Program-made: the position numbers and the translations under genes
Notes under the pieces: generated by a model
Told to the model about the DNA's origin: nothing
Database searches by the model: none
Seen by the model: only the letters and a program-made list of their open reading frames with translations
NCBI RefSeq assembly: GCF_032854445.1
Contig: NC_088300.1
Span: 74,576,302-74,640,301, forward strand
Reading direction: 5' to 3'
DNA from: Liolophura sinensis
Lineage: Eukaryota
Length of the DNA stretch: 64,000 nt
Shown here: positions 1 to 12,899 of the stretch, one piece after another
How positions within the stretch are numbered: position 1 is the first letter of the stretch
Layout of the letters: the number at the start of each line of letters is the position of its first letter

Positions 1-87
1 CATTTTTTAAACTTGTGATTTTGATGTTACTTGCAGCTTATAAGGACAGTTATTTCTTGTTGTAAATAAGAATCTATTGCATTTCAG

Positions 88-190
88 AGGGTATGGATTT
101 ATTGAGTATGAAACGCCTCAAGCCGCACAGGATGCTGTCTCTTCTATGAACTTGTTTGACCTCGGGGGCCAGTACCTCAGAGTGGGCAAG
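88..190 (+). CDS. PUF60: PUF60 exon, C-terminal part of RRM2 ([34 protein letters not shown])
   Basis: cag acceptor at 85-87 and gtaacc donor at 191. The peptide matches human PUF60 RRM2. Phase 2 in, 0 out. Confidence 0.8.
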
Positions 191-661
191 GTAACCCACC
201 ACTGGCTTACAGCGTACTTTCAGTCTTTTCCTTTGTTGTAATTGGGTGCGGTAAAATATTAAGGCTAAGACCAGCTGCTACAAGATTGTAACATATGAAT
301 TATTTATCTAATCTTTATATTACATTTATTCCCTCCCCACATAAAACTGATGGTCCTCCAATAAATGTCTTGAGAATAACATTAAGCAACAATCAGGTAA
401 ATAAATAAATATTACATTTCTGGTAAATACACAAGTAACATAGTTACATGTACACATTCTCGTACGTGTGTTTACTTGAATGCAGAATTCTACACACAAT
501 TATGTGCTCATTCTATATTTACATGAAGCATTTTATGTTATTTTGCCTCTTGTGTTCCTTTGAAAATGTAAAGGTAATATGTAATGAAAAGTTTGAAGCG
601 TGACACTTTTACATTAAGTATTGTGAACACTCCTTATAATTGCGTGATGTTGTTCTTGTAG

Positions 662-790
662 TGTATCACTCCACCCAATGCTCTCCAGCCTCCTGCCGGC
701 CCCAGCAGTATGCCCACAGCCGCTGCAGTAGCAGCTGCAACTGTGACGGCCAAGATAACGGCTATGGATGCTCAGCAGGCTACAACTGTG
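662..790 (+). CDS. PUF60: PUF60 exon (ITPPNALQPPAGPSSMPTAAAVAAATVTAKITAMDAQQATTV)
   Basis: tag acceptor at 659-661 and gtaagg donor at 791. It matches the human AVTPP...AAAVAAA...AKITA linker. The frame is offset from ORF 640..918 and was checked against that ORF's coordinates. Confidence 0.8.
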
Positions 791-978
791 GTAAGGGGAA
801 TCCTATACTCAGAATCACACTTGAGACAATTGGTTTGTTCAGTGTGTTAGACTCTTCTTCACTGCACTTGAGATTGATGTACATGTTCATGACAAACCTG
901 GAGATATTCTTGACTTGATATTCTAACCTTCCTTTCTGTTGTTCTCTAGCCGGTACCCAATGTCTGCATTTGTTTCAG

Positions 979-1198
979 GCTCCCCCAGGGCTGGCTATCC
1001 CCACAAAGTTAGGGTCTACCCCAGCCACCCCTGAGAGCAGAGACCTGACACCAGTTGCAAGGGTCCAGCCGGTGCCTCCATTGGCCACGCCCCAGTCCAT
1101 GGGGATAGCAGCAGCCATCGCTGCCCCGTTTGGTGTGGGCAATCCAGCACTCCAGGCAGCACAAGCCTCAGCAGCCATATTGTCAGCACAAGTCACAG
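979..1198 (+). CDS. PUF60: PUF60 exon, Ala/Pro-rich linker
   Basis: tttcag acceptor at 973-978 and a gt donor at 1199. Same frame as ORF 970..1212. Phase 0 in, 1 out. Confidence 0.75.
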
Positions 1199-1605
1199 GT
1201 TTGTGGCCCTAGTCATAAGAACTATGATCTAAACTGTACGAAAACAACCATCAGTTCTTTCTTGTTCCGAGGATTAAAGCATATTTATTATTAACGCAGT
1301 TGATGGAAGAAAAAAAAGTTGTCTAGAAATCAGTCCTCGAAATTGGTTTGTGAAAAAGTATTTTCTCTCCCCTCACTTACAAGCTGATGTGACTACATCA
1401 TTAAAATCAGTTCATTTAGTCTGCATTTAATTATAATGTAGAATATGTGCTTACTAATTAATTTTAGAAGTGGTTATTTTCTCTTAATTATTCCTGCTTG
1501 TCACTCTTTGTGATTGAAGTGAAGCAAACATTACTGTTGATCCTCTGTATACAAACCATGTGGTGTGTGTGGGCACTGATAGTCAGGTTTGTCTGTACCT
1601 TACAG

Positions 1606-1823
1606 CGGCTTCCTTGCACAACACTGTGCAGACTGTGCCCATCCCTCCCCCCACTGTGGCTGAGCCTGTCCTCCATGAGCCGAACAATGTGCAGCTAACA
1701 GAGGCTCAGCAGAAGCTAGTGGATGAAGACCCTGCCCAGAGCTTAGACCAGCAGGAGAACATGAAGATCAGCGGGACAAATGCCAGGCATATGGTCATGC
1801 AGAAGCTTATGAGGAAGTCAGAT
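1606..1823 (+). CDS. PUF60: PUF60 exon (…QENMKISGTNARHMVMQKLMRKSD)
   Basis: acag acceptor at 1602-1605 and gtaaga donor at 1824. ARHMVMQKL(L/M)RK is conserved with human PUF60. Confidence 0.85.
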
Positions 1824-2411
1824 GTAAGACATTTTGTTCCCTCATGGTTACAGCATTGGCACTCCATTATATTGACTCTAGAAGCTGAAGTTTACCAGAC
1901 ATACCATTGAAAACTTGGAACGATACAGAAAGTTCATCAGTAACTTGTCAGAGGTCCTTGGTTTTCCCTGCAGTCTTCGGGTTTCTCTGTTCATAATACT
2001 TCCTGCCACCATACAAGTGAAAATCTCTTGAGAATGGCGTTAGACAGCATTCAAACAAATAAATGTTCAGGTAGCCGACTCGTTATGATATGGTTTTACT
2101 GCAGCCAAAGAGCACTAGTTTGTTCTTTTCTAGGTGTGGCTTTGTCTACATGCAGGCAGGATTGTCAAATGTCTTTGTAAGTGCTCTATCTGGTTTGCCC
2201 CACTCAACTTGAACCTGACTGTGGCTTTGTGGATGATACATATTCTTAAATGTGGTGTTTATATCCCAGTGAAATAAATGGAGAGATCAAAAGTACTAAT
2301 TGTTAGGGAAATGGGAAGCAATTGCAACAACTGATTCGAATTGTGTAAGGCAATAAGGATTCCGCATCCGTAAATCCAAATGAATTAAAGTGTTGATGTT
2401 TGGGATTTCAG

Positions 2412-2601
2412 AATCGAGTGCTGGTGTTGAGAAATATGGTTGGCCCTGAAGATCTAGATGATGATTTAGAGTCAGAAGTGACAGACGAGTGTGGAAAATA
2501 TGGCAGCGTTAACAAAGTCATTATATATCAGGAAAAACAGAGTGAAGAAGAAGACGCAGAAGTCATTGTTAAAATATTTGTAGAATTTACATCACAAAAA
2601 G
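2412..2601 (+). CDS. PUF60: PUF60 exon, start of the C-terminal UHM/RRM3 ([31 protein letters not shown]...[12 protein letters not shown])
   Basis: tttcag acceptor and gtgagt donor at 2602. Near-identical to human [29 protein letters not shown]...IVKIFVEF. Confidence 0.85.
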
Positions 2602-2842
2602 GTGAGTAAAGAAATATACAGACATAAGAGGTATGTTCATTGAAATTGTTACTTTTATGATCAGTTTGTAACCCATTGAACTTCTCCCTGTGGCAAGTAT
2701 TGTCCCAGGAGTATTGCTATGTCAAGAAGGCAGCTTCAGCAGGACGATAGTATTTGCCAAGGCAGAGGGGTGTAATATTGACTTCTGTCAATATTCATTT
2801 AATAAAAACTAATGATTTTAATTTTTTTTTTTTTTTTGACAG

Positions 2843-2952
2843 AAGTGGAACTGGCCATCAAACATTTAAATGGTAGGTTCTTTGGTGGAAGAATAGTTAG
2901 AGCAGAAAAATACGACCCCGATTTATATGAAGCTAATGACTTGTCAGGCTAG
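2843..2952 (+). CDS. PUF60: PUF60 terminal coding exon (EVELAIKHLNGRFFGGRIVRAEKYDPDLYEANDLSG*), TAG stop at 2950-2952
   Basis: poly-T tract plus gacag acceptor. It matches the human C-terminus [29 protein letters not shown]. The 3'UTR continues downstream, and an AATAAA candidate lies at 4590-4595. Confidence 0.8.
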
Positions 2953-5619
2953 AATGTGAATATAAACTTCCTCCAGGACTATTAACAGTGAGCAACTCTC
3001 GTGAAAAACGTTGGTGAACATTGGACACTATAGAAAGAGGAACTTCAGGATATACTATTGTGAGAATGTCTGATGAACAGAAGACAGGACAGCCACAGAT
3101 CAATCCGGATAACATCATGCTGGATGATTGATGCTGGCAGCAGTTGACAATGGCCTCATCAAGCTTGCTTGTTGACTGTCGATCTCGTTCACAAGGGAAG
3201 AGTGGAGGTTTGTTTAAGTGGAGGTGTTGTATGGAGACAGTCGACCGATTGCCTGCCCTTTCATTGGGAGAATAGTGGGCCTTGACAAGGCGTTAACTTC
3301 TCTTCATCATACTTGCTTATACAAGGCGCTGGTGATTTGTATCATACATAATGCCTCGAACGAAGCTGTAAATATTCGACCATAGATGAAGTGAAAATTG
3401 TTCAGTTCATGTTATGGCTGTAAGGGAGAAATACTTCAACAGTGTTGTGTTAAATGGCGAATTCAGTGACTTCATTTCTACATCAACAGCGTTACAGATT
3501 TTCCTGGGAGGTGATGTTCTGTGACGCCATGTGGCATGCAATGAGATCATGAACAGTCCATGATTAGCCATACCTGGTATGGAAGCTGGTCCATATTGTG
3601 TACTTCGAGTGAATGAAACTGCCGCCTCGTACATGTATTGTGCTCATGACTAACGCCAATACAAATCATATCTTATGTACGACATTCTTGTGTGTGAAGT
3701 GCAACAGTACTCATCATGCTCAGCATTACTTATTACATGTATGCACTCGCGCTCTCGTGGTATCAGCTCTATGCTGATTAAGTGCTATAATATCAGAATT
3801 CCAGATTCATTGTCCTGATTAAAGTGAAGTTATGTATGATACAAAACAGTTATGTTCTTAAAATATTCCCTTCAAAGAAGAAATGCAGGTGTTGTGTTGA
3901 AATTCATCCCTTCCAATGATTTTCTCAGGCAAGTTAATTTCTAACTTGTCAAATGTTTGTAAACCCGTGATTTTCCTTTCTTTCAGCAAAATGTTAACTT
4001 TTTTTTTTTTGTGAAAAAATGTGCACTAATTCAGTTTAGTTCTTGACGAGGTTGAGACAAGTCTTTTACTCCGAGAAAGCACAAGTTCATATTTCATGTA
4101 AATGTGTGAAAGTTGTATTTCTATATTATTCTCTCATTATATTGTATGTTCATTTACCAAAAAGATTTGTTCCTTGTTCAAGTTTCCAAGGAACATCACA
4201 TGTATATGGTCGATAGTGTTCATGATTATATGAGCACGCAGGCTTGATCGAGAAGAATAATTCTGAGACACCTTGAAAAAACATCAGATATTACTCTGTA
4301 ATGAACAGTGGTTGAATGAGGTTGTGTATCTCATTTGAACTGCTCCATATTTCCCTGGATCCAAGACATACTAAAATTAGGTAGAAGACCCCTCAATCAA
4401 TTAACTATGCTCATTTTCACTTCTGTATATTTACTACGCATATACACATGTACTCAATATTAACTAGAAACATCTATTATTACATCCTGATGATGATAAT
4501 TTGATACAGGATATGTTGGATTAGACTTTCCATTGAGTTGCTTTAAACTGATTGTGACAGATAAAAAATTAAAAGAAAAGACAACAGGTAATAAAACTTC
4601 AGGTATTTCAGAAGAGGGATGGAAACAGACCTAAACTACCGCCCCCATTTTGTTGTGAATTACTTGGTACTGTAATTTTATGAATCAACTTTCAACCTGG
4701 AATTTTTATGATACCATTGGATACGTTAGATATATTAGGGTATGTTAGAGCAACTGTAAACACAAAGTCCCGTTATCCATACCCCAAGCTCATGGCTAAA
4801 AGGGGAAACAGTGTTTGCAAGACCTCAGTGGATACAGGTGCTTTCTTGAGATAAAAATTACTAGCACTCCATTAATTGAAGTTGATAACTTGATAGCACT
4901 TTTTATTTTGTTAGTGTTTGCATTTTGGCTAAATTTGAACTGCATTATCTTGGTTATGCAACATCACAAAAATAAAAATGAATGCTTTTTAAACATTGTG
5001 TGGGATACATGTATTTTATCAATGCATTTGGTCATTTGCATGTAAATTTGGGCTAGTGGGGTCTTTCATTTTAATTTTTTCCCAAGGTCTCGTGGGTTTG
5101 TGTTAATCCACAGACTTTCGCTGCACAGCGGGCATGCAGATGTAATACAACAGGTAAAATAAATTTCACAGAAGTTTTTTTTTTCTCTCTGTATTCTGTC
5201 TGAATACTCCTTTTATAAAATAGCAGACATTTCAGAAATTTTTCAATATTGAAAGTATTTTTTGCTTGACATAGTCATTTTAGTGATCAAAGAAATGAAA
5301 ATAATTGTTCCAGATATTGGGTGAGAACATTTGATATCACAGGTAACAATCTGTATGCACTCTGTCAGAAACAAAAAGTCAAGTATAGGGTACTCCATGT
5401 AGTGTACTCTACGTGCAGGGTGATTGAATTGAATGATGTACTGGGCTGGTATTATTGGAGGTTCTCAAGGATTCGTCAGACATTGTATTATTATCCACCC
5501 TATAAACCTTGACATTTTGTAATACATTGTTGACAACATGTACAGTGGTCAATAAAGCCTCTTTCTTGTCCATTTGAAAAAAATGTTGTTATATCATATG
5601 CTACAGTGTCCGTGTGGCC

Positions 5620-5835
5620 TAAACACACGTATGGTATCTGTGACCAAAGCACATGTATGGTGTAGAAGAGACATTATCACATGATATCATGGTGCCTGGC
5701 ATGATCACATGCTACAGTGTATGTGTGACATTATCACATGCTACAGTGTATGTGTGACATTATCACATGCTACAGTGTATGTGTGACATCACATGCTAGA
5801 GTGTACGTATGACATTGTCACGTTATAGCGTAGGT
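5620..5835. repeat. Degenerate tandem repeat of about 29 bp (gtgtgacattatcacatgctacagtgtat), about 7 copies
   Basis: Periodicity seen directly in the sequence. A related copy lies at 6950-6990. Confidence 0.7.
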
Positions 5836-6236
5836 AGGACACTATCACATACCATGAAGTAGGTGTCAGTCATCATATGCTATGTTGTCTGTTTGACATA
5901 AAAACTAAAGCCACCTTGACACTTGCACGATTTTTGTCCCCGTGATGCTGCGCAATGCGTAGAGGCAAGGCGTGCCATTTCGGTGTTACGTGGTGGAGCA
6001 TGAAGATGTGTTCGCACATTGTACAGGCATAAGTTACGCACTGTCTATGCAATGCATGGCCAAAAATGCATTGATGCGCAATAGCACTACTTGTATACGC
6101 ATAGGTTAAGTATTCACGCATTGTTCATATCTACCATACCGCTCTGTCCAGCGGTGTCACGCACGACATGCAGAGTTCCCGCTGTCTTCCTGCATCCCCA
6201 CGCATTGTGCATGTGTGAAATCGTGCAAGCGGCACG

Positions 6237-6240
<4 letters not shown>

Positions 6241-6270
<30 letters not shown>
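6241..6270. repeat. (AT)15 microsatellite
   Basis: Seen directly in the sequence. Confidence 0.95.
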
Positions 6271-6273
<3 letters not shown>

Positions 6274-6469
6274 ATGTTTCACACCTAGCTCCATTCCTCG
6301 ACTCGATGTGGGCCATACAACATGCTGAATGCCAGAGACATTGTTATTCCAAACAGAGGTGTATGTATCTGGCAGCTGCAGGGCTATTACTTCTTGATGA
6401 GCTAGAGAAAAGGCAGAAGGAACATGGGAATGAAAGGACGCTTTCAGTAAAGGTAGTAAAAGAAAATGA

Positions 6470-6660
6470 TAAAAAAAGACACCACCCCCATTCCAAAAAA
6501 AGAAAAAAATGAAAAATAAAAAAAATAATAACCAAAAGAAATACCCCCCCCCCAAAAAAAAAGAAATGAAATAAATGACGAAAAGAACACCGCAAAAATT
6601 GGTGTTTGGGGGAAGGGGAGGGAATAAGAAATCAAAAATAAACTGATGGAAGTTCCCTCA
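6470..6660. repeat. Poly-purine A-rich low-complexity tract
   Basis: aaaaaagaaaaaaatgaaaaataaaaaaaataa… The ORFs here, 6157..6555 and 6344..6595, are artifacts. Confidence 0.8.
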
Positions 6661-6974
6661 GATTTTTTTTCTCCCTACACCCAATTTTTGGGTGTTTGGT
6701 CCATTATATATATTTATGGCATGACGTATGCGCGTGTAGTGGATCTGCAGGACACCCTCCGTCGGCAATGTTCACGCTGAGTTCACTCAGTGTTCACACA
6801 TGGTTCATGCAAGTGGCACGCACATGGAACAAACATTGATGTATGCTGAATTTTTTAATATTTCAACATTTTCTCTACGACATGGCACGCTGAAGTGCGC
6901 GCCATTGCGGGAAGGAAAATCGTACAAGTTTCAAAGTAGCTTTACAATGGTGTAGGTGTGACATTATCACATGC

Positions 6975-7135
6975 CATGATATCTGACATACCCTGGAGCC
7001 TCCCATCAACGCCGTCGCTTTACGTTGAAGTCAAGCTCGTACGGGCAGACCTTCCCGCTCACGACCGGAAAGGTCTGCCCGCAAGCTGCCGATGATCGCA
7101 AGTTTCCGGCAGGCTCACTTTGTCAGAAAGTATGT
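6975..7135 (+). mobile_element. Divergent SINE-like element carrying a perfect 11-bp stem hairpin (gggcagacctt…aaggtctgccc)
   Basis: gagcctcccatcaacgccgtcgctttacgttgaagtcaagctcgtacgg resembles the SINE head region seen at 33650. Confidence 0.4.
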
Positions 7136-7600
7136 TCTTGAAGAAACCATTGTACCGATATATAATCTCCATATATCATTCGACAGCAATATTTCATTGT
7201 CAGCAACACTGACACGCACATTATGTGAGCAAAAATAGTGCATGGTACAGCATGGAGATTTCTTGGAGGCCAGAGTTGTGTCTAACAGTGTGTATTACAC
7301 TGTATATATGACCTTAGTTTGACTGAAAACACTCAGAGCCCAGCTGATCTCACATCATTTGAAGGGAATTCTGATTCACTCAGCCACTGGGAATGGCAGA
7401 ATTTTCACGGTGGAACCGACATTATCCCAGCCATGGGGAGATCTGGAACAGTGGAATGAGGCTAGTGCTGACCTTGGCAAGTCTGATGGAAAGTGACATA
7501 TAGTATATGCACACGAGATTGGAGTTCAACAAACGTCAGACCGCGCAAATCGGCCACCCAAGCGTCGATCGATTCTCATGAGAACTGGAAAACCTACAAA

Positions 7601-8830
7601 TTCCCTGTCTACAACAGGGATACCTGCCATACCTGACAATCATATCATCTGCGTTCTGCCTGTGACTATATAGTCTGTCGGATACCTGCCATACCTGACA
7701 ATCATTTCATCTGCCTGTGACTATAGTCTGTTGGTTACCAGCCATACCTGACAATTATTTCCTCTGCACTCTGCCTGTGACTATATTGTCTGTGGGATAC
7801 TAGCCATACCTGACAATCATTTCATCTGCCTGTGACTATATTGTCTGTGGGATACCCGCCATACCTGACAATCATTTCCTCTGCACTCTGCCTGTGACTA
7901 TATTGTCTGTGGGATACCCACCATACCTGACAATCATTTCATCTGCCTGTGACTATATTGTCTGTGGGATACCTGCCATACCTGACAATCATTTCATCTG
8001 CCTGTGACTATATTGTCTGTGGGATACCCGCCATACCCGACAATCATTTCCTCTGCACTCTGCCTGTGACTATATTGTCTGTGGGATACCCGCCATACCT
8101 GACAATCATTTCATCTGCCTGTGACTATATTGTCTGTGGGATACCCGCCATACCTGACAATCATTTCCTCTGCACTCTGCCTGTGACTATATTGTCTGTG
8201 GGATACCTGCCATACCTGACAATCATTTCATCTGCCTGTGACTATATTGTCTGTGGGATACCCACCATACCTGACAATCATTTCCTCTGCACTCTGCCTG
8301 TGACTATATTGTCTGTGGGATACCCGCCATACCTGACAATCATTTCCTCTGCACTCTGCCTGTGACTATATTGTCTGCGGGATACCAGCCATACCTGACA
8401 ATCATTTCATCTGCCTGTGACTATATTGTCTGTGGGATACCTGCCATACCTGACAATCATTTCATCTGCCTGTGACTATATTGTCTGTGGGATACCCACC
8501 ATACCTGACAATCATTTCATCTGCCTGTGACTATATTGTCTGTGGGATACCCGCCATGCCTGACAATCATTTCCTCTGCACTCTGCCTGTGACTATATTG
8601 TCTGTGGGATACCCGCCATGCCTGACAATCATTTCATCTGCCTGTGACTATATTGTCTGTGGGATACCCGCCATACCTGACAATCATTTCCTCTGCACTC
8701 TGCCTGTGACCATATTGTCTGTGGGATACCCACCATACCTGACAATCATTTCCTCTGCACTCTGCCTGTGACTATAGTCCGTTGGATACCAGCCATACCT
8801 GACAATCATTTCATCTGCACTCTGTCTGCT
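7601..8830. repeat. Intergenic minisatellite with alternating units of about 56 and 65 bp (ggatacctgccatacctgacaatcatttc[ctctgcactctg]cctgtgactatattgtctgtg), about 21 copies
   Basis: Seen directly. ORFs 7949..8365, 8472..8771 and 8768..8992 are repeat translations. Confidence 0.9.
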
Positions 8831-9315
8831 TTCCTCCACCCATCAACCTGGTCATCAAGTGAAAAATTCTTTACTACAGCCATATCAATGTCCAGAAAAT
8901 TACACAAATTGGCCCAAAACTTAAACTTTGTCTATAACTTTGTCTTTGTAAAACCCTGTACTAATTTTCAACTCAGTATGATAAAATGTTAAAAAAAAAA
9001 ATCAGTAAAACTCCTTGAAAAATTCCTGAGAGACTGATGGATCTGTCAGATTGATAGACCCCATGTTCTCAAACAGTCAACAACTCCTGCCTGCTCTGTT
9101 TTATCTAGGTGATTTGAACATGGCAAGCTACATTTGAATTCTTCACTATGTACAGCAACACTTGAACACTTGTAACAATGATGGAGTCTTCTACATATAT
9201 ATCCCTATTTGCTAAAATATGTAAGTATTCAAAATGCATACATAGTGAATAACGAGATAGCAATCACGATAATTCATGAAAAATAACCAGAACATTCATT
9301 TAAAAAACCCTACGT

Positions 9316-9321
9316 TTTATT
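9316..9321 (-). terminator. TEP1: Candidate TEP1 polyadenylation signal (AATAAA on - strand)
   Basis: It is the first AATAAA downstream of the stop codon on the - strand, about 570 nt away. Confidence 0.3.
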
Positions 9322-9886
9322 TTACCTAATATTTTTATGCCATATCAGTTCATGATACCACTATAGTAAATATGTCTTGAGAAGACTGTGATAATATTTT
9401 CCAAATATAACAACAAACTTCCTTTCAGGTCAGTTTTTAAGAATGTTGAATACTTCACAATCCTCATAATCCTTTTATACACTCTGATGAGTATCGATGT
9501 AATACTGCTTCGCTAAAGTACACAGGTCTACACAGTGTTTCCAACCATCATAACAAGAACATAGGTAAAGTGTATATTAATAAACCACTGTCTAAACTTT
9601 CATCACAGTCTTCCCAAATTATTCAAAATTCTATCAAAAATGCTATTCAACTTGATCACACTTAAGAGTGCTATACTCTAGCAACTGATAATTTTGTAAC
9701 TTGTAAATATACTTCAAAAACACAATAAAGTCAAGCAAATTAGTAATCAGTGTCACATGAGTGCATGATAACAACTGAGAAATATACACAATGTTCAATA
9801 GTCCAAGATTAAATTAAATTCTAGTGTTTCGCAAACAATATAACAATGTTCCCCTAAACATTTAAATCCCAGAGGCTTGATAGTGA

Positions 9887-10024
9887 TCACATGGTCCAGG
9901 TAAGGAAGTAGACATTGCCCAGCTTGTCACCACAGATCAGGCCATGGCTGTCTCCCACTTTCTTCACTGACTGGCTGCTGCTCCTCAGACAGGTAACTGG
10001 GGAGGGGCAACAGAACTGACCAAC
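9887..10024 (-). CDS. TEP1: TEP1 terminal coding exon (…ICGDKLGNVYFLTWTM*), TGA stop at 9889-9887
   Basis: acatag acceptor. Matches the human C-terminus AVGDVQGNVYFLNWE*. Anchored to ORF 9927..10199. Confidence 0.8.
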   Translation of the reverse strand, partial: VGQFCCPSPVTCLRSSSQSVKKVGDSHGLICGDKLGNVYFLTWTM

Positions 10025-10114
10025 CTATGTAAGTCAGAAGCAAGCAAACATGAGAAAAACGCAATGGAATAAGCTTCAAACTTGGTAAATAATTCAAAAA
10101 CTTTTGACTGAGAT

Positions 10115-10335
10115 TTGTAAATAGGGCTCGACTGAGCATTATGAGGACATCAGAGGATACCCATGACCATCCGCAGGTTGCTAGATGGCCTTCCCACATG
10201 CCACCGGAGAGGAAACCAGCATGAGCTAGACTTCAACTCAACACTTATCCCATTGGTTAGAGGCTTCTGGGTCATGTGCTGCGCCAGCAAGCTAACCACT
10301 CGTCCATGTACCTGTATACTACAATACCAGCTTTC
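10115..10335 (-). mobile_element. tRNA-derived SINE copy
   Basis: Shares the core …ccatccRcaggttgctRg…ccttcccacatRc…ggagaggaaRccagcatgagctRgacttgaactca with the other copies in the window. Confidence 0.7.
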
Positions 10336-10368
10336 CGTGCGTTACAAGTTTCAACTACATTCACTCAC

Positions 10369-10470
10369 CTGAGTACCATCATGGGTCCAGACTTTAATGG
10401 TGCTGTCAAGAGAAGCTGTGAACACTAAATGCTTGGTGACCACAACAGCTGATATAGCTCCATCATGGAC
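10369..10470 (-). CDS. TEP1: TEP1 exon 54, WD40 (VHDGAISAVVVTKHLVFTASLDSTIKVWTHDGTQ)
   Basis: ctgtttag acceptor and gtgagt donor. Anchored via + ORF 10163..10372. Confidence 0.75.
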
Positions 10471-11304
10471 CTAAACAGGAAAAGAGGAAATGCAGAAAAT
10501 CTAGTTCCACCACGTAACAGTCTTCCATTCACTATTCTGTAACTCAGACTTTCCGAGTGCACTGTCCCTAATATGTCGAAACTGTATGCTACAAAAACCT
10601 GTTTCCTTTAATCCTTGGGTAATACTGACTTTATATCACCTAGTTAGTCTTAACTTTAATATGTGTTTCAAAAATAAACACAGAGAACTGTAAGCTACTA
10701 CTGTAAAAAAAGATGATCTTAATTTTGAGACGAGCTTTAATGGCTTTAATTATTCCTGCATAATGAGGTGATGTGAATTTAGAATTACAGGAAACCTGTT
10801 TTTGTCTCCTTCATCTTTGACACTTTGAGGACAGTGCAAGTGACAGGACTGAGTTCCAGGTATGACGTGAGTATAAGCTTAAGGCGTATTTAATGTGGAA
10901 GCTGAGCTGAGAACTTGGCCAACCAATCTCAGAGCTGCATGCAGTCGGCTTCCTACTCTTATGACAGGTGCACTGCAGTCTTCTGGATTACTGCAGAACA
11001 GTTATGAGGTTTGATATTCATGGGATCAGCATGCAACTACGTGTAGAAATGTGTCTGACATTGTTAATAAAAGTTCAACAAAACACAAATAATGAATGAG
11101 GCAATATGGCTGTGTTGTGAACAGGGATGGTGTTAAGAAAAATTTTCTGACAAATGGAAAAGTTTATTTCTCATGGGCAGTTAATACACACGCCTGTATT
11201 ATGATAAGTAAATAAACAATTATGCACAACAGACAGCATATATACATTCAGGTAATGCGCAGAATATGTACATGTAAACATTTTTGCCTAATGAGAACAC
11301 CTAC

Positions 11305-11487
11305 CTTGTTTGTGTTGAAAAGCTCCACAGTCACAGGAAGACCCTGCTGGTGAGTGGACTGTACCCACTTGGACAGATAACCCTCTGAGTTACCCACAAA
11401 GCACTCCTTTCCACACACGCCAACATCAGAGAGGCAGGCCTTACTGTTAGACTCAACAGTTGCCAGAGCTTGGCATTCTGGGAAAAT
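11305..11487 (-). CDS. TEP1: TEP1 exon 53
   Basis: ctgaag acceptor and gtaggt donor. 61 codons in a single open frame. ±1 nt. Confidence 0.5.
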
Positions 11488-11884
11488 CTTCAGTTGATTC
11501 TATTCAAAGTAAACATTAGGACTTACCTATAGGCATAGAATTGGAGATCCATAACAATGGTGAACTGTGTACCTAATCATCAGCTGGGTGTAAGGTGATG
11601 TATAAAGTCACAACCAAATTACAACCTGCTTCAGTTTGTCAAACTTGGAATTTTCAAGAAAGAAACATGTAAAGTTCGATCTGAGAAGCTATCCTCCACT
11701 TGCTTGTATTGAAACCTGGACGAACCAACCTTTTGATCATTAGTAACGTCTGTGTATGACAAAACAAGCCTGGACCTATCAGGAAACCTGCTTACAAGTG
11801 ACTAGACCACTGTATACTGATTGGTCAGGAGAGGGCAGTCTCCACAAACAAAACCTTTACACCAATTCTATGCTAGCCTGAAAC

Positions 11885-12060
11885 TTACATCCTTGCTTCC
11901 AATCCGGCTGTACATGGGAAGGTCAGCCAGCAACCTGCGAATGGTCTTGGGTTTCCACTCCAGTCTTTGGGCTCTGCTTGGTTTCCTCCCACCATAATGC
12001 TGTTCACCATTGTACACATGAAATATTCTTGGGTAGGGCGTAAAACACAAATCAAATAAA
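11885..12060 (+). mobile_element. SINE copy, 3' part (…catgggaaggtcagccagcaacctgcgaatggtcttgggtttcc…ccaccataatgct…)
   Basis: Family consensus. Confidence 0.7.
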
Positions 12061-12299
12061 TCAATACAATCTTGACTAAGTTCCTCATTTTGCCTTATTG
12101 TGAGAGCTCAATCGATCTTTGAAACCTGTTTTGGTTTATTTATCCTTTTGGAAGGTAAGATGATATCCTATTTAGAAAAATGTTTCTGCTCCAAAAATGA
12201 TATTAATTTACCTCTAAAAACATACTTTTTCAAACAATTTTCATTACAAATGCAGTCAGTAAGTTAGATTGGCTCCATCATACAGATATGGGAATAATA

Positions 12300-12590
12300 C
12301 GGTCTGCTGTTTTGATTTTTTCAGTGGATTACATCTGAGAAGACCAGAACTGTTGCATCTGAGAGGACCAGAACTGTTATATCTGAGAGGACCAGAACTG
12401 TTACATCTGAGAGGGCCAGAACTGTTATATCTGAGAGGACCAGAACTGTTACATCTGAGAGGACCAGAACTGTTATATCTGAGAGGACCAGAACTGTTAC
12501 ATCTGAGAGGACCAGAACTGTTACATCTGAGAGGACCAGAACTGTTACATCTGAGAGGGCCAGAACTGTTATATCTGAGAGGACCAGTAC
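12300..12590. repeat. 30-bp tandem repeat (ctgagaggaccagaactgttacat…), about 10 copies, in a TEP1 intron directly after the exon 52 donor
   Basis: The unit length is a multiple of 3, so both strands stay open. ORFs 12256..12714 and 12269..12658 result from this. Confidence 0.9.
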
Positions 12591-12594
12591 TCAC

Positions 12595-12730
12595 CTTACT
12601 CCTGGTATTGAGGTGCCAGAGCCCCAGTTTACCGTCCGCTCCCACTGAGAACAGGTAGGAGGAGTACTGATTATGGCACTTCATGCTTGTTACCCAGTCA
12701 CCATGGCCCGGCACTGAGCCAACTTTGGAG
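12595..12730 (-). CDS. TEP1: TEP1 exon 52, WD40 (…GHGDWVTSMKCHNQYSSYLFSVGADGKLGLWHLNTRSK)
   Basis: ctgacag acceptor and gtgagt donor at 12594. ORF 12256..12714 reads on into the intronic 30-bp repeat. Confidence 0.75.
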
Positions 12731-12899
12731 CTGTCAGAAAAAACAAAGGCGTTAAATCATAATAAACTATGCCACAGATCTACTTTTTAATGACTTACAT
12801 TATGTGAAAAGAATGAGTTTCACAGATTAGGTTTTAATGATTTTTAACATTTCATACATCATGACAATGAATGTCATTATCCCTGCTTGTTGCTTAAAA

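Noticed and set aside
6157-6635. Overlapping ORFs rich in F/L/K in the poly-purine tract
   Set aside because: They are homopolymer or low-complexity artifacts next to the (AT)15.
7949-8992. ORFs 7949..8365, 8472..8771 and 8768..8992 (+) with an internally repeated peptide TILSVGYPPYLTIISSACDYIVCGIPAIPDNHFLCTLPV
   Set aside because: They are translations of the 56/65-bp intergenic minisatellite. They have no splice context and no homology.
12256-12714. The 152-aa - strand ORF that extends TEP1 exon 52 into GPLRYNSSGPLRCNSS… repeats, and its antisense 129-aa ORF
   Set aside because: A strong GTGAGT donor sits at 12594. The repeat unit is 30 bp, a multiple of 3, so any frame stays open. Human TEP1 has no such insertion, and the ORF ends without an onward splice.
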